From Antedon mediterranea (lineage: Eukaryota > Animalia > Echinodermata), in NCBI RefSeq assembly GCF_964355755.1, contig NC_092676.1, forward strand, positions 7,913,888 to 7,977,887: DNA of 64,000 bases, written 5' to 3'. Positions 15,439 through 27,756 of this stretch are shown here, one piece after another. How positions within the stretch are numbered: position 1 is the stretch's first letter; each line of letters begins with the position of its first letter. Under the pieces are notes generated by a model. That model had not been told where the DNA came from and searched no databases. It worked only from the letters and a program-made list of their open reading frames with translations. The position numbers and the translations under genes are program-made.

Positions 15439-17107
15439 CACTTTGACTGCCAGAGGTTTTTCCAGTTAGAAACTGCCACCGCCAGCGTTTATAGCCCAAT
15501 TCGATGTTTTTATTAAAGCTGATTGAAACTATGTATGTGTCAGGGGCGCAGCCAGCAAAGAATTAAAGGGGGGGTCAACCAATATGTGAGTATTTTGCGA
15601 GCGAAGCGAGCAACCATGGGCTTGGAGCCAGGGGGCCGCCAAGGGCCCCCGGTTGGGGTCCAGGGGGCTTCGCCCCCTGGAAGCTTTGGCGGTCTAGGGC
15701 AATCTAGATCATTTGAATCGGTTTACGCACACACAAATATGACAATGTTAACACTAATAAACTGAAACAAAGAAAACAAAAAACAACTCTCATTTTCATT
15801 ACATAACATTTTTATATTCCAGGCTGCCACAGACAAACACAAGTTTTTCTTGCTTGTTTGTTGATTTGTGTAGAGAGGCTGTAAACTCAGAGGAGGAATT
15901 ATTTGAATTCCTCCCTTTTCACCAATACAAAAGTTGCATGAAATGAACGTAGAGATGCAAAAGTTTGAAAAAAGAAATTAGAATGATAGCATGGAGGGAG
16001 TGATATTATTAAATGAGAACCGTAAGGTTAGAGTTCATACACTGTGCAAGTCCAAGAAGCTATCTTGGCTCCATGTGTATGTGAGACGCTTATCATACCC
16101 AGTACATACAATATTTTGTTTAAAAATATACCTATTTTGTTCGAATGTATAGTATAGGTGATAGCTTATACATAATTGTAATAACTAACTTCTAAATTAT
16201 TATCATACATTTTACGTTAGTTACTATAACGGCGCTCTTGACATCGCGTGATGCATCTTTAAACATAAGTTTGGAACATTCTTCTTGGCTTGGAGACAGA
16301 ATTTGCGAATGACATTCTCTGTATTAATGTTCATGTTAAAGTGTATGTTCATGAGGCACAATCCCGAAAGCTGCTCATAAGACATGTGATTTCCCAAACA
16401 GGTTTTCGTTCTCCATAAAGTCGAAAAACTCCGCTCAGCTTCAGCAGACGTTACGGGCATAGGCCTACGCGATTAGAAGAAGTGCACGCACATTCGGGAA
16501 CACATTTGGATCCGCTAATTTTACACAGTCGCTTCCATCACTGAAGCTCGGAATGAAGATGTTCGTGTCTTGGCAGATCATCGTACCAAATTCAAGTTCT
16601 TTGAAGACTTCTTCAACATTACACTTCACTATAGACTCGGGTGCTACGCCAAATATTTTAAAGCATGGCCTGTTATCGGCAGAAAAACGGGTTTTTAACT
16701 CGGTTTGTAATCAAGAAGTTGATTTGGTAATACTGCTCGGTAGTAATCTTCCACAGTATCTCCAGGATGATTTGATCTGTATTGTTGTCTCATGTTTTTA
16801 TTTATTTTTTCTAAAAAAAAGGGGGGGGTCAGGACCCCCGTGACCCCCCCACTGGCTGCGCCCCTGAGTGTATGTTATTTCGACAGATACCATTTTGACA
16901 ATCGTTCGTAACCAGATTAGTTACTTTCAAAAAGTAAAATATTCACGGTCCAGACCGAATATATAGTGTCCCTATTTATATAATATACCAATAATTAACC
17001 TATCTACCGGATTTTGTAAAAAAACGCGAAAAACGAAGATCTTCGTGTTTGGCAGTCAAGCGTTGTGTTTCCAAAAACGAAGATCTTCGTGTTTGGCAGT
17101 CAAAGTG
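15439..17107. mobile_element. piggyBac-like non-autonomous element, nested
   Basis: TIR cactttgactgcca / tggcagtcaaagtg; flanks TTAA (15435-15438) and CTAA (17108-17111); duplicated subterminal motif aaaacgaagatcttcgtgtttggcagtcaa. Confidence 0.75.
15541..16866 (-). mobile_element. hAT-superfamily deletion derivative retaining the C-terminal dimerization domain, nested
   Basis: 15-bp TIR caggggcgcagccag / ctggctgcgcccctg. ORF 16224-16460 (PVTSAEAERSFSTLWRTKT...LSGLCLMNIH) is the hATC motif. The 8-bp TSD is not cleanly preserved. Confidence 0.85.
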
Positions 17108-18549
17108 CTAAATGCACCGTAAAATAGTAATATAATCCTATGTGTCAAACCAAAAATGACAATATACATAAATAAAGTCGATGATTCCGAACCAAATGCC
17201 CAAATAATTCTACAGTGAATATAAAACATAAGTTTAGAAAATAAATAACATCCTTACCATGCCATTCCATCAAAGGCTAGTTTTGACGATTGCTTTTTAA
17301 GATGATCATCTCTCAGTTCTCCCATGCTTTACATACCTCTCTCGCTGTGTTTGTTTACCATTGTATACCCACTAAAAGGTCAAACTGACGGTGACCTCGC
17401 GAGCGCGAAACGTGTCTATTGCAACTCGACGAAGTATAAACAACACTGTTCAGCCAGCCTGTTACTTTGCTGGCGAGATGTTTTTAATCTTGTGGCCTCC
17501 TCCCCACCTCCTCCTTCCCTTTTTCGCACCTTTCTTGTATATTGCGACTCCAAATTTGTTAACCTACTTGGATCGATCCATTAACTTTCTCCTAAATATT
17601 ACACCTTAGAATAAGTTTTTACAGACGTGTTTCTATTTCGCACATAACATAACATTCTACACAACTTACTATTAATTACTTCTAAAGCCTTCTCGCGAAT
17701 TTCGCCAAAGAACTTATAACACAAGAATCTTCTGTTAAATAGTTCGATCCCCGAAAACACGGGTTAAAAGGTCAAAACTGGGCTACGCCATTTCACAGCA
17801 TGGAGCAGCGCCCTCTCCAAACTAGGAAGTCAAAACAAAGATCTTAGAAAAGTAAAGATGGAACACTCTACGCGAAATGCGTGACAGCGTCAGAGCCATA
17901 TGGCTCTCACGCTTAGACAAGTTTCGAACTTTCACAGCGTGACGATCACTTATTCATTTGAATGGAGGAAGAAACTAAGTCTAAATAAATTATTAATAAA
18001 TAGTTATTAATTATGAAGGATAAAATATAAAAAGTAGAGGCAGATACTGTGCAGCAATTAATTACAAAAGCAATGCAAAGAGTAATCCAGAACTTAGTTT
18101 TTTCAATTTTCCTAAAGATAAAAACAGGTAAAATGTTAGCTAACAAGTTGACTAGCCTATTTATGGCTTACCTAGGCCTAGTCTAGGCCTAGATGAGGCT
18201 TAAATCAATTCTTTGGGCTTTTTACTGATTTTAATATTTTATATATAAATTTTATGCCTAGGCCTATTGATAACATCTGCATATCACCTGGCGGTTTATA
18301 ATTTATTCTGTGCCTGTTAATTTATATTTTATTGACCTAGGCCATAGTAGGGTAGGCCTATATTTATACAGTATTATTATACTTAAGCCTATATAGGATA
18401 GGCCTAATATTTATGTAGTCTATGCCTTTAACATTATCAATTTGATCAAGTTATTATTAGTAAAAAATAGGCATATGAGTATCATTCATTGAGTCATTTT
18501 ATCATTATTAATAAAATTATACCCATTATACCGTATATCAATAATTCAG

Positions 18550-20700
18550 GTGTGCTAGATGGGCCGTAAACACAAAACGTTCAGAAAATTGATTTAAAAA
18601 AACAAGTTCCTACATTCACCGCCGCAATTTCCATTATGTAGCCTTCATTTTGAAAATTCACAAGTTTTGGAGTTTCCGGGACGATTAGTGTGGAATGCGG
18701 TGCCCACATTATTTAACATTCCGAACCCACCACGCACTTTGACAATTAGTCGAAAACTGCCAACAAAGATCGTCGAAGATGTATTTCAATCTGTTAACAC
18801 AGGGAAGAGTTAAGTAATTTAACTCTTCCCTGGTTAACTGTTGGAAATAATAGTTAAGTACAAATCAACAATGTCATAAATAATTTTTTTATGTATTTTT
18901 ACAATATTTATTCTGGATGGACACTTTTTGTTGTTGCATGTTCGTTCTCATTGCAATCACACATACGCATCATCAATATCTTTTAACTCCTACTTCAGCA
19001 CATTGTGTAGGTGAAGGATGTACAACAAGTAAGTAGACCTCCTTCATCATATATCATTATATTCATTGTTTTGTAACAAAAGAACTGTTTAATAGTTATG
19101 TATAATCAGTGTTTACAATTAAAACATAATTATACGTCCAATGTTTCGATTGCGACTTAAAGCACAAGTGAAGAAGCAAGTCCACCATTAAAGACCTAAA
19201 AAAATGTCACATGGTTGATAATATCATCGGTAAGGCTAAGTGTATGCCAAAGAGAACTTTAGATTTTTTTCCGATCAATTGAAAACATTTAAAAGAAAAC
19301 CAACGGGGCGTATGTATACCACATCACACAAACTGTTTGCAATGGCATTGCGCTATCAAGGGGCCAGAGTCTATAAGTTTTGTAGAAAAAATTCAACCTA
19401 CCGCATCCAAAATCCCTCAAAATGTGGCTACGTAATATAAAGATAGGGCCAGGTTTCAATGATGTCACATTTTCATCGTTGAAAAAACAAGTAACAAACT
19501 TGGATTATCGAGAGCGCGTATGCGTTTTGGCAATCGACGAAATGTCTATAAAATAAGTCATACATTTCGATAAGAACAACGATCGTATTGAAGGTCTGGA
19601 AGACTTCGGCAGCATTGGCATAACAAAAAAGGTTGCAACACAGGCCCTCGTTTTTATGTTACGAGGGTTGACTTCGAAATGGAAGCAACCACTTGGCTAT
19701 TTTTGGCGAATGGGGCAACGCCCGGGGGTACATTGGCTTGCCGTCTGAAAGAATGCGTTCGTCGTTTATTTAAGGCTGCTGGTTTAACTGTAAAGGCAGT
19801 TATAGTTGACCAAGGGTCTAACAATATAGACGAATGTAGGCCAACAATATCATGGGTGTATGTGAAACTAAGCCTTACTTTTATCATTACCATTCACCAA
19901 CACAAGGTGTACACATTGTTCGATCCTCCACATTTGATAAAAAGTGTCCGCAACAACCTGAAGAACCACGAACTGGTTGTGGATGGAAATGTCATAAAAT
20001 GGGACCACATTGTTGAATTTTTCAAGGATGGACAAGCTCTTTGACTCATGCAATGCTCGACATACAAAGAATGCGAACATCTAAAAGCGGGCTGCTACGA
20101 AAGATTCATTTCATGTAAAGTTTTGGGAAGAATGTTATGAATGACGGCTCAACAAAAAAAGTAGCTTGTATCAACGGATGGCTTCAAGTTCGTTTTAGCG
20201 GGAAGGTTAAACCAAGATTTCCTGGAGAATCTGTTTTCAATTGTTAGAGGAAGAGATGGTTACAGATACAATCCGATGGCCCATGAGTTTCAAACATCTT
20301 GAAAAGAAATACGTGTAACAAACTAATGATTCCTTTGGGTAATTCCAATTGTATGCCGGATTCCGATCAGCATGCAACTTGTCCATATTGACCAAGCAAC
20401 ACTCCAACTGGTGCCATAGACAACATCGGGCATACGCAAAACCACCACAGATGTAATTGAACACGATGGCTCCATTAGAGCAGATGATTGTCTAAGTTGT
20501 TTAGATAAATTGACATAACAGAACTTAACACACTTGTATACGTTGCTGGTTATATTGTGAGAAACCAGCATACCAACCTCAAGCCGCATTGCGAAAGCTC
20601 ATGACAGATTTCATATGAAATTAAATGTATGTAAACCTGACATCGAAACAATGTTTATTGCAACATACACTAACCTTAGCATATTCTATGTTGTAAAATA
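18550..20700 (+). pseudogene. P-element/THAP9-like transposase remnant with THAP domain
   Basis: LCSLHFENSQ...AVPTLFNIPNPP (THAP C-terminus, ~18635-18730). Then CVLAIDEMSIK, ATQALVFMLRGLTSKWKQPLG, VIVDQGSNN, FDPPHLIKSVRNNL and NQDFLENLFSIVRG (19240-20260), with many frameshifts. Boundaries approximate. Confidence 0.88.
18800..18832. repeat. 33-bp CA...TG palindrome with near-perfect 7-bp flanking duplication (probable P-type excision footprint)
   Basis: gttaaca [cagggaagagttaa-gtaat-ttaactcttccctg] gttaact. Confidence 0.6.
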
Positions 20701-21029
20701 AACTTAACTGGTTATAACTTTGTTTTAAAGATTTTGTACAGTAACCTGTAATTTACATACCACTTTTATAACGTACTTGGTCAGTTTCTGAGGTTATTAC
20801 AGTCATGATACCCACCAAAAAATATTTTGAGTTAAAAGTCTATATTTTTGGTTTAATAAAAGCTATCTAGCAGATATTAATAAATTAAAAAAATTAAAAA
20901 AAGTTAGTTTTCTAGATCTTAGTTTTCAAGGCATCCGTTTTGGAAGCCTCTAAAATTCATGTAGAAAAGATAATAAAAATAAGTACAATATTATGAGGGC
21001 GCCCCATCAAATTGATTTTTTAACCAAGC

Positions 21030-21129
21030 ATGGCGTCTGGCGGTAACAGTGAGTTTTATCTTCGATATTATGTTGGTCATAAAGGAAAATTTGGCCACGA
21101 ATTTCTTGAATTTGAGTTTAGACCAGATG
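21030..21129 (+). CDS. MAGOH: Mago nashi (exon junction complex core), exon 1
   Basis: [33 protein letters not shown]; donor G|gtaag. Confidence 0.97.
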
Positions 21130-21444
21130 GTAAGAATGTTTGTTACATAAGGAACAAATCTATTTTATATAAAAAGAAAATTATTACTTTTAAACTTGTG
21201 ATTAAGGGGGTTTTCCACAGGCTACAGTACCAAGCCGTACAACGCGAGGCGTACCTAAAAAGTATCCTATTTACCTGATCCCGTACGTGGCTTGTCGAAG
21301 TGTTTGTTGGAGGCGTCTCTCTTACCCCTCTTATCACTAGGCCTACTAGGCCAAACATAACAAACATAACATTGCGTATTATTATTTTCCCCTTTTCATT
21401 GGAATTTATAACATTTTTCATGAATTACATTTCTTCCACAACAG

Positions 21445-21503
21445 GAAAACTTCGATATGCAAATAATTCCAATTACAAAAACGATGTTATGATCAGAAAA
21501 GAG
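21445..21503 (+). CDS. MAGOH: Mago nashi exon 2
   Basis: acag|[20 protein letters not shown]|gtaagt; 59 nt. Confidence 0.97.
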
Positions 21504-21514
21504 GTAAGTTTAGG

Positions 21515-22984
21515 GGTTTACGATGAAATCGGTCGCGATAAAATCAAATTCCGGTATTTTGTATGGCGCGCCGCTAGAGCTATACGTTTGATGATATCGG
21601 TCGCGCTATTTTGTATGGAGCGAGATACATGCTAGCGGGATATACATTTTCTTCTTGAAAATTTATATAATCTAGATTTAATTGAAATTTTTTATGTAGA
21701 AACTAGATTATTTATGTGGATATTTTTTATTTTGGTTAATAAATATTTATTATCAATCATTTTTTTTTATTTCACAGGTCTCGGAGAAGGACGGTCTTTT
21801 CAAAATGGCCATTTCGAAACACGTTTAAATATTTTATTTAAGGCATATAATAATTTACCTACTATTTTATTATGTACTGAGAATATACGTCTGTGTCTTT
21901 TTTTATGCAAATAATGCAAAACGTAAAAGAGAACAATTTATTTTAAAACAATTTAATTGTTACAATGTATAGCCCGTAAAGCCAGCGTATCCATTTTTAT
22001 ACTTATTCATACTGTGGCAGATATATAATATCCATGTCGTTAACAACTTACTATTGGATCACCTTATTTTAATTTCAATTTAATTTATGTCCGTACGTTA
22101 TGTAGGATATTATTAAGTATATAATGATTATTGTTGAGGCAAATCACGTGTATATTTTTATTTCTAATGTTTAGGCCTAAAATAATTTCTAGTAAAAATG
22201 ATTATTATATGCAGATCGTTAAAAGGTGAGTTACTGAAATAAACCCCGAAATCAGCCATATCGTGGATGCGCCTTCTATGATAGTGCAGCCGTTAACTGC
22301 ACGTTATTTTGCTGACGGGGATTCCCTTTTTAAAAAAAAACAAGCACTATAGTAGTGTGTCAAATCATCGACAAAACACGTACGATCGTTGTCCATGGCC
22401 AGATAAAGATAGGCCTATTACTAATAACCATACGTTTGAAACATCTATATGCCTCCTGCCCGTGATTTATAACGGCATATTATTTTATTAGTATTATCCT
22501 AAAACCATGCTTACGTAAGAGTGGCGGATATCGAACGTAAAAATCATCGTCGTACATCATCTTCCTTTATTGCATAATAGGCGCGTCTACTATAAATTAT
22601 TTCAAAATTTTCAAAACTTTTTAACAGTGGCATGCTAATCTTCAAAAACTTAAACAATATTTTCTAAACGAACACATTACAATTATTCACAACACCTAGG
22701 TAAGAGGTAAGATAAAATGAAAACACAAATTATTTATAAATAATGAGATAAATATTTATATTTACTGTACTAAAAAAATAATAACGGTCGAGGTATTAGA
22801 AATTCTATATTCAAAATGACTAAAAACATAATTGGCGTTTTCATTAAAAATGTATCTAGTGCGTCCCATGCAAATAACGCGACCGATTTCAAACGCGACC
22901 GATATCATCAAACGTATAGCTCTAGCGGCGCGCCATACAAAATACCGGAGGTTGATTTTATCGCGACCGATTTCATCTGACGCC
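21515..22984. mobile_element. Non-autonomous long-TIR DNA element (MULE/Merlin-like) in mago intron 2
   Basis: ~85-bp inverted repeats (gatgaaatcggtcgcgataaaatcaa...gatatcggtcgcg) at ~21522-21606 and ~22894-22978; GG...CC ends; flanks agtttagg / agttcagg (7/8 match). Confidence 0.75.
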
Positions 22985-23257
22985 AGTTCAGGTCTAGTCT
23001 ACTCTACATTAACTAAATATGCCTAAGGCCCTACTACTAGCCTACATTTACATAAAAATTTGGTGTTTTTTAGACCAAAATAACTTGGCATACTTGTCTG
23101 GATCCTACTTGTCTTTACCAACACACATCCACACCAGTCTCTAATGGGTTAAGATCAAGGATAATACTATAGTCTAGCCACAATGTGTGTGGGTACAGGT
23201 TACGGGAATCTCTCGCTAATAAAGTGTAATATAACCTGTAAATTGTATTTATTATAG

Positions 23258-23451
23258 GCATTTGTACACAAAGCTGTAACGCAGGAACTGAAGAGGCTGG
23301 TAGAAGACAGTGAAGTGATGCAAGAAGACGATGGACTGTGGCCACCTCCAGACAGAGTTGGAAGGCAAGAGTTAGAAATTGTCATGGGTGATGAACATAT
23401 CTCATTTACAACAAGCAAAATTGGATCTTTAATTGATGTAAATAATAGCAA
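23258..23451 (+). CDS. MAGOH: Mago nashi exon 3
   Basis: atag|[64 protein letters not shown]..|gtaagt; 194 nt. Confidence 0.97.
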
Positions 23452-23633
23452 GTAAGTAGGGGATATATTGGACTTTAATTGTTTAATTCATTTTGTGAGC
23501 CATGTTTTTAACATCATTTAAATTTGCATATGCATCCAACATACAGTGAGTAACTCGATAATTACAGGATGGATAAACTATTTATTTATCGTGCGTACTA
23601 AGTCGTGAGTTACAACCCTGGTACTACAGTACT

Positions 23634-23702
23634 GTAGGGTCAGGATTGAACCCTGGACCTTAGGCAAGAAGGCAAGCATGTTAACCACCAAGCTACAGCT
23701 CC
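23634..23702 (-). mobile_element. tRNA-derived SINE head or tRNA pseudogene in mago intron 3
   Basis: Minus strand ggagctgtagcttggtggttaa...gggttcaatcctg has A-box and B-box-like motifs; no convincing acceptor stem. Confidence 0.55.
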
Positions 23703-23741
23703 ACTATATATAGAACATTTGTATTTTCTGTTTAATTTCAG

Positions 23742-23841
23742 GGATGCAGAAGGGCTAAGAACATTCTACTATCTGGTACAGGACCTTAAGTGCTTTGTTT
23801 TCTCTCTCATTGGTCTACACTTTAAGATCAAGCCTATATAA
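23742..23841 (+). CDS. MAGOH: Mago nashi exon 4 (stop); full CDS 453 nt, 150 aa
   Basis: tttcag|(K)[32 protein letters not shown]; AATAAA near 24170. Confidence 0.97.
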
Positions 23842-24690
23842 TCTGATTCTGACCTTTTTTGTTTAGGTAATTCCTTTTTTTTAAACCTTAAAATAATGAG
23901 TGCAAGTATCAATGTTGTAAAAACATTCAATGAAGGAAAATGATCTAATATCCCTATATATAAACCAGTGGAAATGAATTGTCTCAACACAAGATACAGT
24001 AGTACAGTACTGTAAAACGAAAGATGGATAATAACAGTGTACAGTGCCATGGTCGCCAGCTCTGTACTATGTAATGACTAAACCTCAATAGTTAAGTTGA
24101 TTCACAATAGGTGAACATTTTATACAATTTATTCTTGTCATTTCACCATAGTTTTGTCGTACAGTTTTGAATAAAATCTTTGTGAAATGTTATTTTAAGA
24201 ATTTTTATTTTTCTGTCAAAGCTGCAATAATCAACATAGTCTTGCAAATTGCACAATCCTGAATAGAAGACTTAGATTATAATTCCTATAATTGTGCATG
24301 AATAAAATTCAGGATAAAATTAACCATGTCCTCCCGACAACCTAAAGACTACGCCTGACACAATCTCAAAACTTGTCTTGTCCGGATTGAGGACTTGAGG
24401 AACTACGTAACAGTAATAATATGAATAGAGGTGCTCTTTACCAAAAAGCTGTTTCAACTTAACGAATTACGTATAAAATAAGGTAATGGATTCCAAGGTG
24501 GTGTCAGAAGTGGAATTTGCCTGGTAAGTTTAACAGTGGATGATAAATGGATATAAGGCCTTGAATATAGAACGGGGCAGGGTTGTGGAAACAGTAAAAT
24601 ATTGAATTTGGCCCTGTTCTTGCTGTGAATGATATACGGTATATTTTTATGGCAGCATTCATAAAATAGGCGTAATGAATAGGTCTGTAA

Positions 24691-24868
24691 GGGCGTGTGG
24701 TGCAGTGTGTTGGACTGATCGTGAGATCGAGGTTCGAATCCAACTCCCGCCGCATTGCTTGTATCCTTAGACAAGATACTTTAATTATGTTTGCCTCTCT
24801 CCACCCAGGTGTATAAATGGCAACCTGGTTAGATCAAGACATAACTTTGTGCTGATTACTAACTGCAT
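24691..24868 (+). mobile_element. tRNA-derived SINE, same family as 53731-54030
   Basis: tRNA-like head (gtggtgcagtg...ggttcgaatcc), then gtatccttagacaagatact...ccacccaggtgtataaatgg...ggttagatcaagac. Confidence 0.8.
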
Positions 24869-26825
24869 TATTATTATATTATACGGTATATTCCAAAATA
24901 GTATATACCGTCTATTTCGTGCACCATTTTTGCTGCCTTCAAAATATACCGAGAGAATCTGATGCAACAGAATTGAGGAACTTGGAACAAAAATTGCATC
25001 TTAGTGATTGTAATACAACAAAAAAAGCGACAACACATTCTCTTTAAATCTCTTTGTTGACATAAATGCAGTCCCAGCAGGACAAATTCCACATGTTTTA
25101 TTTCTACTGTTTTTCATTTGAATCTTTGCTTTTATACCTTTTTTGTACATGACAACATCACTACAGAAAGCTGTAAGACAACATCAAATGTTATTACGCA
25201 CTTCGCTGGAGCAGGCCAGCTTTTGCTAAGTTGATTTTTAACAGTACTATGCTATTTGAATTCAGTAACATCTTTTAAATCTTTAGTTATCAAATCAAAT
25301 CGGTGCCAATTTACACCAAGCTTAGTTACCAACAGAAATGAAACGAGAAATTACATTATTAAACTTATAAGCCAGACTTTATAAACACCAAAAAATGTAT
25401 TTAAAACTAATTAAAGAACAATTTACATACATGAAGAAATAAATATATCACTAATTTTTAATTGATTAGTTATCTTACATAAAGTTGGTTACATTTCTGT
25501 TGGATTGCATTATTTTCATAGTTTTTATTTAAGCATGATAATGGCCCACTGACAATAACCCAAGAATTCTGCATCTTAACACGATCCAACACAAAATAAA
25601 CCACTTTAAAAATTCTTATATATAACATACTAGTTCATACGATTGCAGTACACTCCTTGGCTGTATACAGTCTCCCTCATTAATATACAGTCCCTCATTA
25701 ATATTCATAAGGGTCATGCAACCTTTGCCCCTTAATTAATATTCACATAATTACGCTTCATGATCAGCTTGAACATGATAATAAATATTGCAACAGAGTA
25801 TTTGTATAATAATTATTGGCTAGACATTTATTTCTTTTTTTTCTAATCTAGTACACTCATTTTTTAATAGTACACTAAATTAAATGAATTGTTTAATCAG
25901 TGTTTGTATACAACACAGTATAGTCATTATAATATTCAACGGGCCTTGTATATTTAAACATTTTTTTAAACACCAATGGAAAAAATTTAAACACGGTAAA
26001 TTCATTGTAAACCTAGTATACTTAACACACATTACACAAGCTTTATCAGTTTCTTACATTTGCTGTTCTTGCCATTGTTTAATTAAGATGAGCTTTATTT
26101 TAACGAACAGACTTGCTCAGCTAAACAAAGGGAATTTGATCCTAACACAGATTCCACAGCCTTTACTATTGTATAATCTATTCACAGGGTTTTTTTTTTG
26201 CAAATTTATCTCTAGTCTGACATAGAAGTGATGTATGTTTTGCCGATTCTGACGGCAGCCAATCACTGCACTTGGCAAGATCCTTCTCAAAAGCCATCAG
26301 AACAACAAAATAAAGTAAAACTTTAAAATCATCACAGGTTGAAGTCCTCCGTGAAGTTACACATCATTAAAATGCATTTTTATTTAACAATACACAATAC
26401 ATCAATGGAATATAACCTTATGGTTAGTTTTTATTGTCAAATAAAAAAAAAGTACTCATGCAAAATAACTATGGAGTCATGTGTAATAATATAATATCAC
26501 ACCTTTTCAAGTATTTTGTCGACACATTTACACTGCTTCTTCCGTCTGTACATGTCATCAATATATTTATAAGGAAGAAGTCAAACAAATTCCACATAAA
26601 AACACAAAAAAGATGTGCATGGGCAGTCAAGCATGACGACCTCTTGATCATATATGGCTTGGCCATTCATATGATGCTGATGAACAGTTTATTAGATTTA
26701 TTTGATATGGTATTCAGTAATCCATTGAAAGATGGAGTCTCTTTGATCACTGATGGTCTTTTGGTTGTTGTCAGAGGTTACCCATCGTGATTAGTGGATT
26801 ACTGCTCATATGACTTCGATCTTTC

Positions 26826-26836
26826 TCACACAGCAT
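26826..26836 (-). CDS. Candidate terminal coding exon (DAV*) of the MAP7-family gene, short isoform; 3'UTR continues leftward
   Basis: gttattgtttacag|AT GCT GTG TGA; phase-1 compatible with the donor TCA G|gtgaga at 34031. Confidence 0.5.
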
Positions 26837-26951
26837 CTGTAAACAATAACAAATATCAAATATAAACTAGTATGTCAATATTTAAATATATTTTTATTAA
26901 TATTATGTTAAAGCCAACTAAATAATGTGTAAATTAGAGAAAAGGGAAATA

Positions 26952-27359
26952 CAGTAGAACTCCTCCTTTGGGACATCGGGGGGACACTCCTGTTGAGAGG
27001 ACACCGCTATTGAGAGGACACTGCTATTGTGGGGACACCGCTATTCAGAGGACACCACTATTCAGGGAGGAGGGGGGAACATCCTTATTCAGGGGACACA
27101 TCCTTATTCAGAGGACACCACTATTCAGGGGGATGGGGGGGGGACATCCTTATTCAGGGGACACCGCTATTCAGAGGACACCACTATTCAGGGGGAGGGG
27201 GTGGAGACATCCTTATTCAGGGGACATACCTATTCAGGGGACATCCCTATTCAGGGGACATCCCTATTCAGGGGACATCCCTATTCAGGGGACATCCCTA
27301 TTCAGGGGACATCCCTATTGTTGGGTCTCAAAGATGTTCCCTTAAAAGGGGTTCTACTG
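26952..27359. mobile_element. Tc1/mariner (pogo/Tigger-type) MITE with internal 17-bp tandem repeat
   Basis: TA[cagtagaac...gttctactg]TA; internal unit tattcaggggacatccc. Relatives at ~35123-35200, 43630-44071, 45518-45819 and ~61320-61752. Confidence 0.8.
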
Positions 27360-27756
27360 TACTATTTTACACATTTCTATAGTAAAAATAATATTTATTA
27401 TATTATTATTTAAAATTTATATAATATGTTGTTAGTAGCACACAAACCATTAAACTCTTTCCATCACAAGACAACACATATAATAGGGGCGTAAGCCAGA
27501 AGGGGAAGGCGGAGGGTAAATGTTTATGTTAGCATTGATTTACACCATAACCACTACAAGCAAACCATACTCAATACCCACACACCGTGAAGAAACATAC
27601 TACAGTGAAAAAAGTAAGCAATTCAGATGAATTAATAAAATATCATGCAAAAAGAAATATTGTTGCAGTGCAAAGCAAAACAAATTATATTAATGTTATC
27701 AAAAGTTCTTTGATAAATCATTTTTAGATGAAATGAAATGCATTCATATTGATTAA

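Larger units (their letters stand above)
14934..17417. mobile_element. ISL2EU-like TIR DNA transposon, internally deleted and carrying nested insertions
   Basis: Perfect 21-bp TIR agacacgtttcgcgctcgcga (14934-14954 / 17397-17417) with an AT duplication inside a CAATTG target. Left inward ORF (YTKSLNNIPVF...KSWKFFKERYVHDV) resembles the start of SWIM/YqaJ partner genes. Right inward MVNKH.. is a possible decayed THAP start. The superfamily call is inference. Confidence 0.7.

Noticed and set aside
18550-20700. Domesticated THAP9 gene
   Set aside because: Multiple frameshifts, stops and deletions indicate a dead transposon.
23634-24750. Functional tRNA genes at 23634-23702 and 24691-24750 (also 53731-53790)
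   Set aside because: No complete cloverleaf; two of them continue into SINE body sequence.
26968-27413. Three overlapping repetitive ORFs
   Set aside because: Products of the 17-bp repeat inside a MITE.
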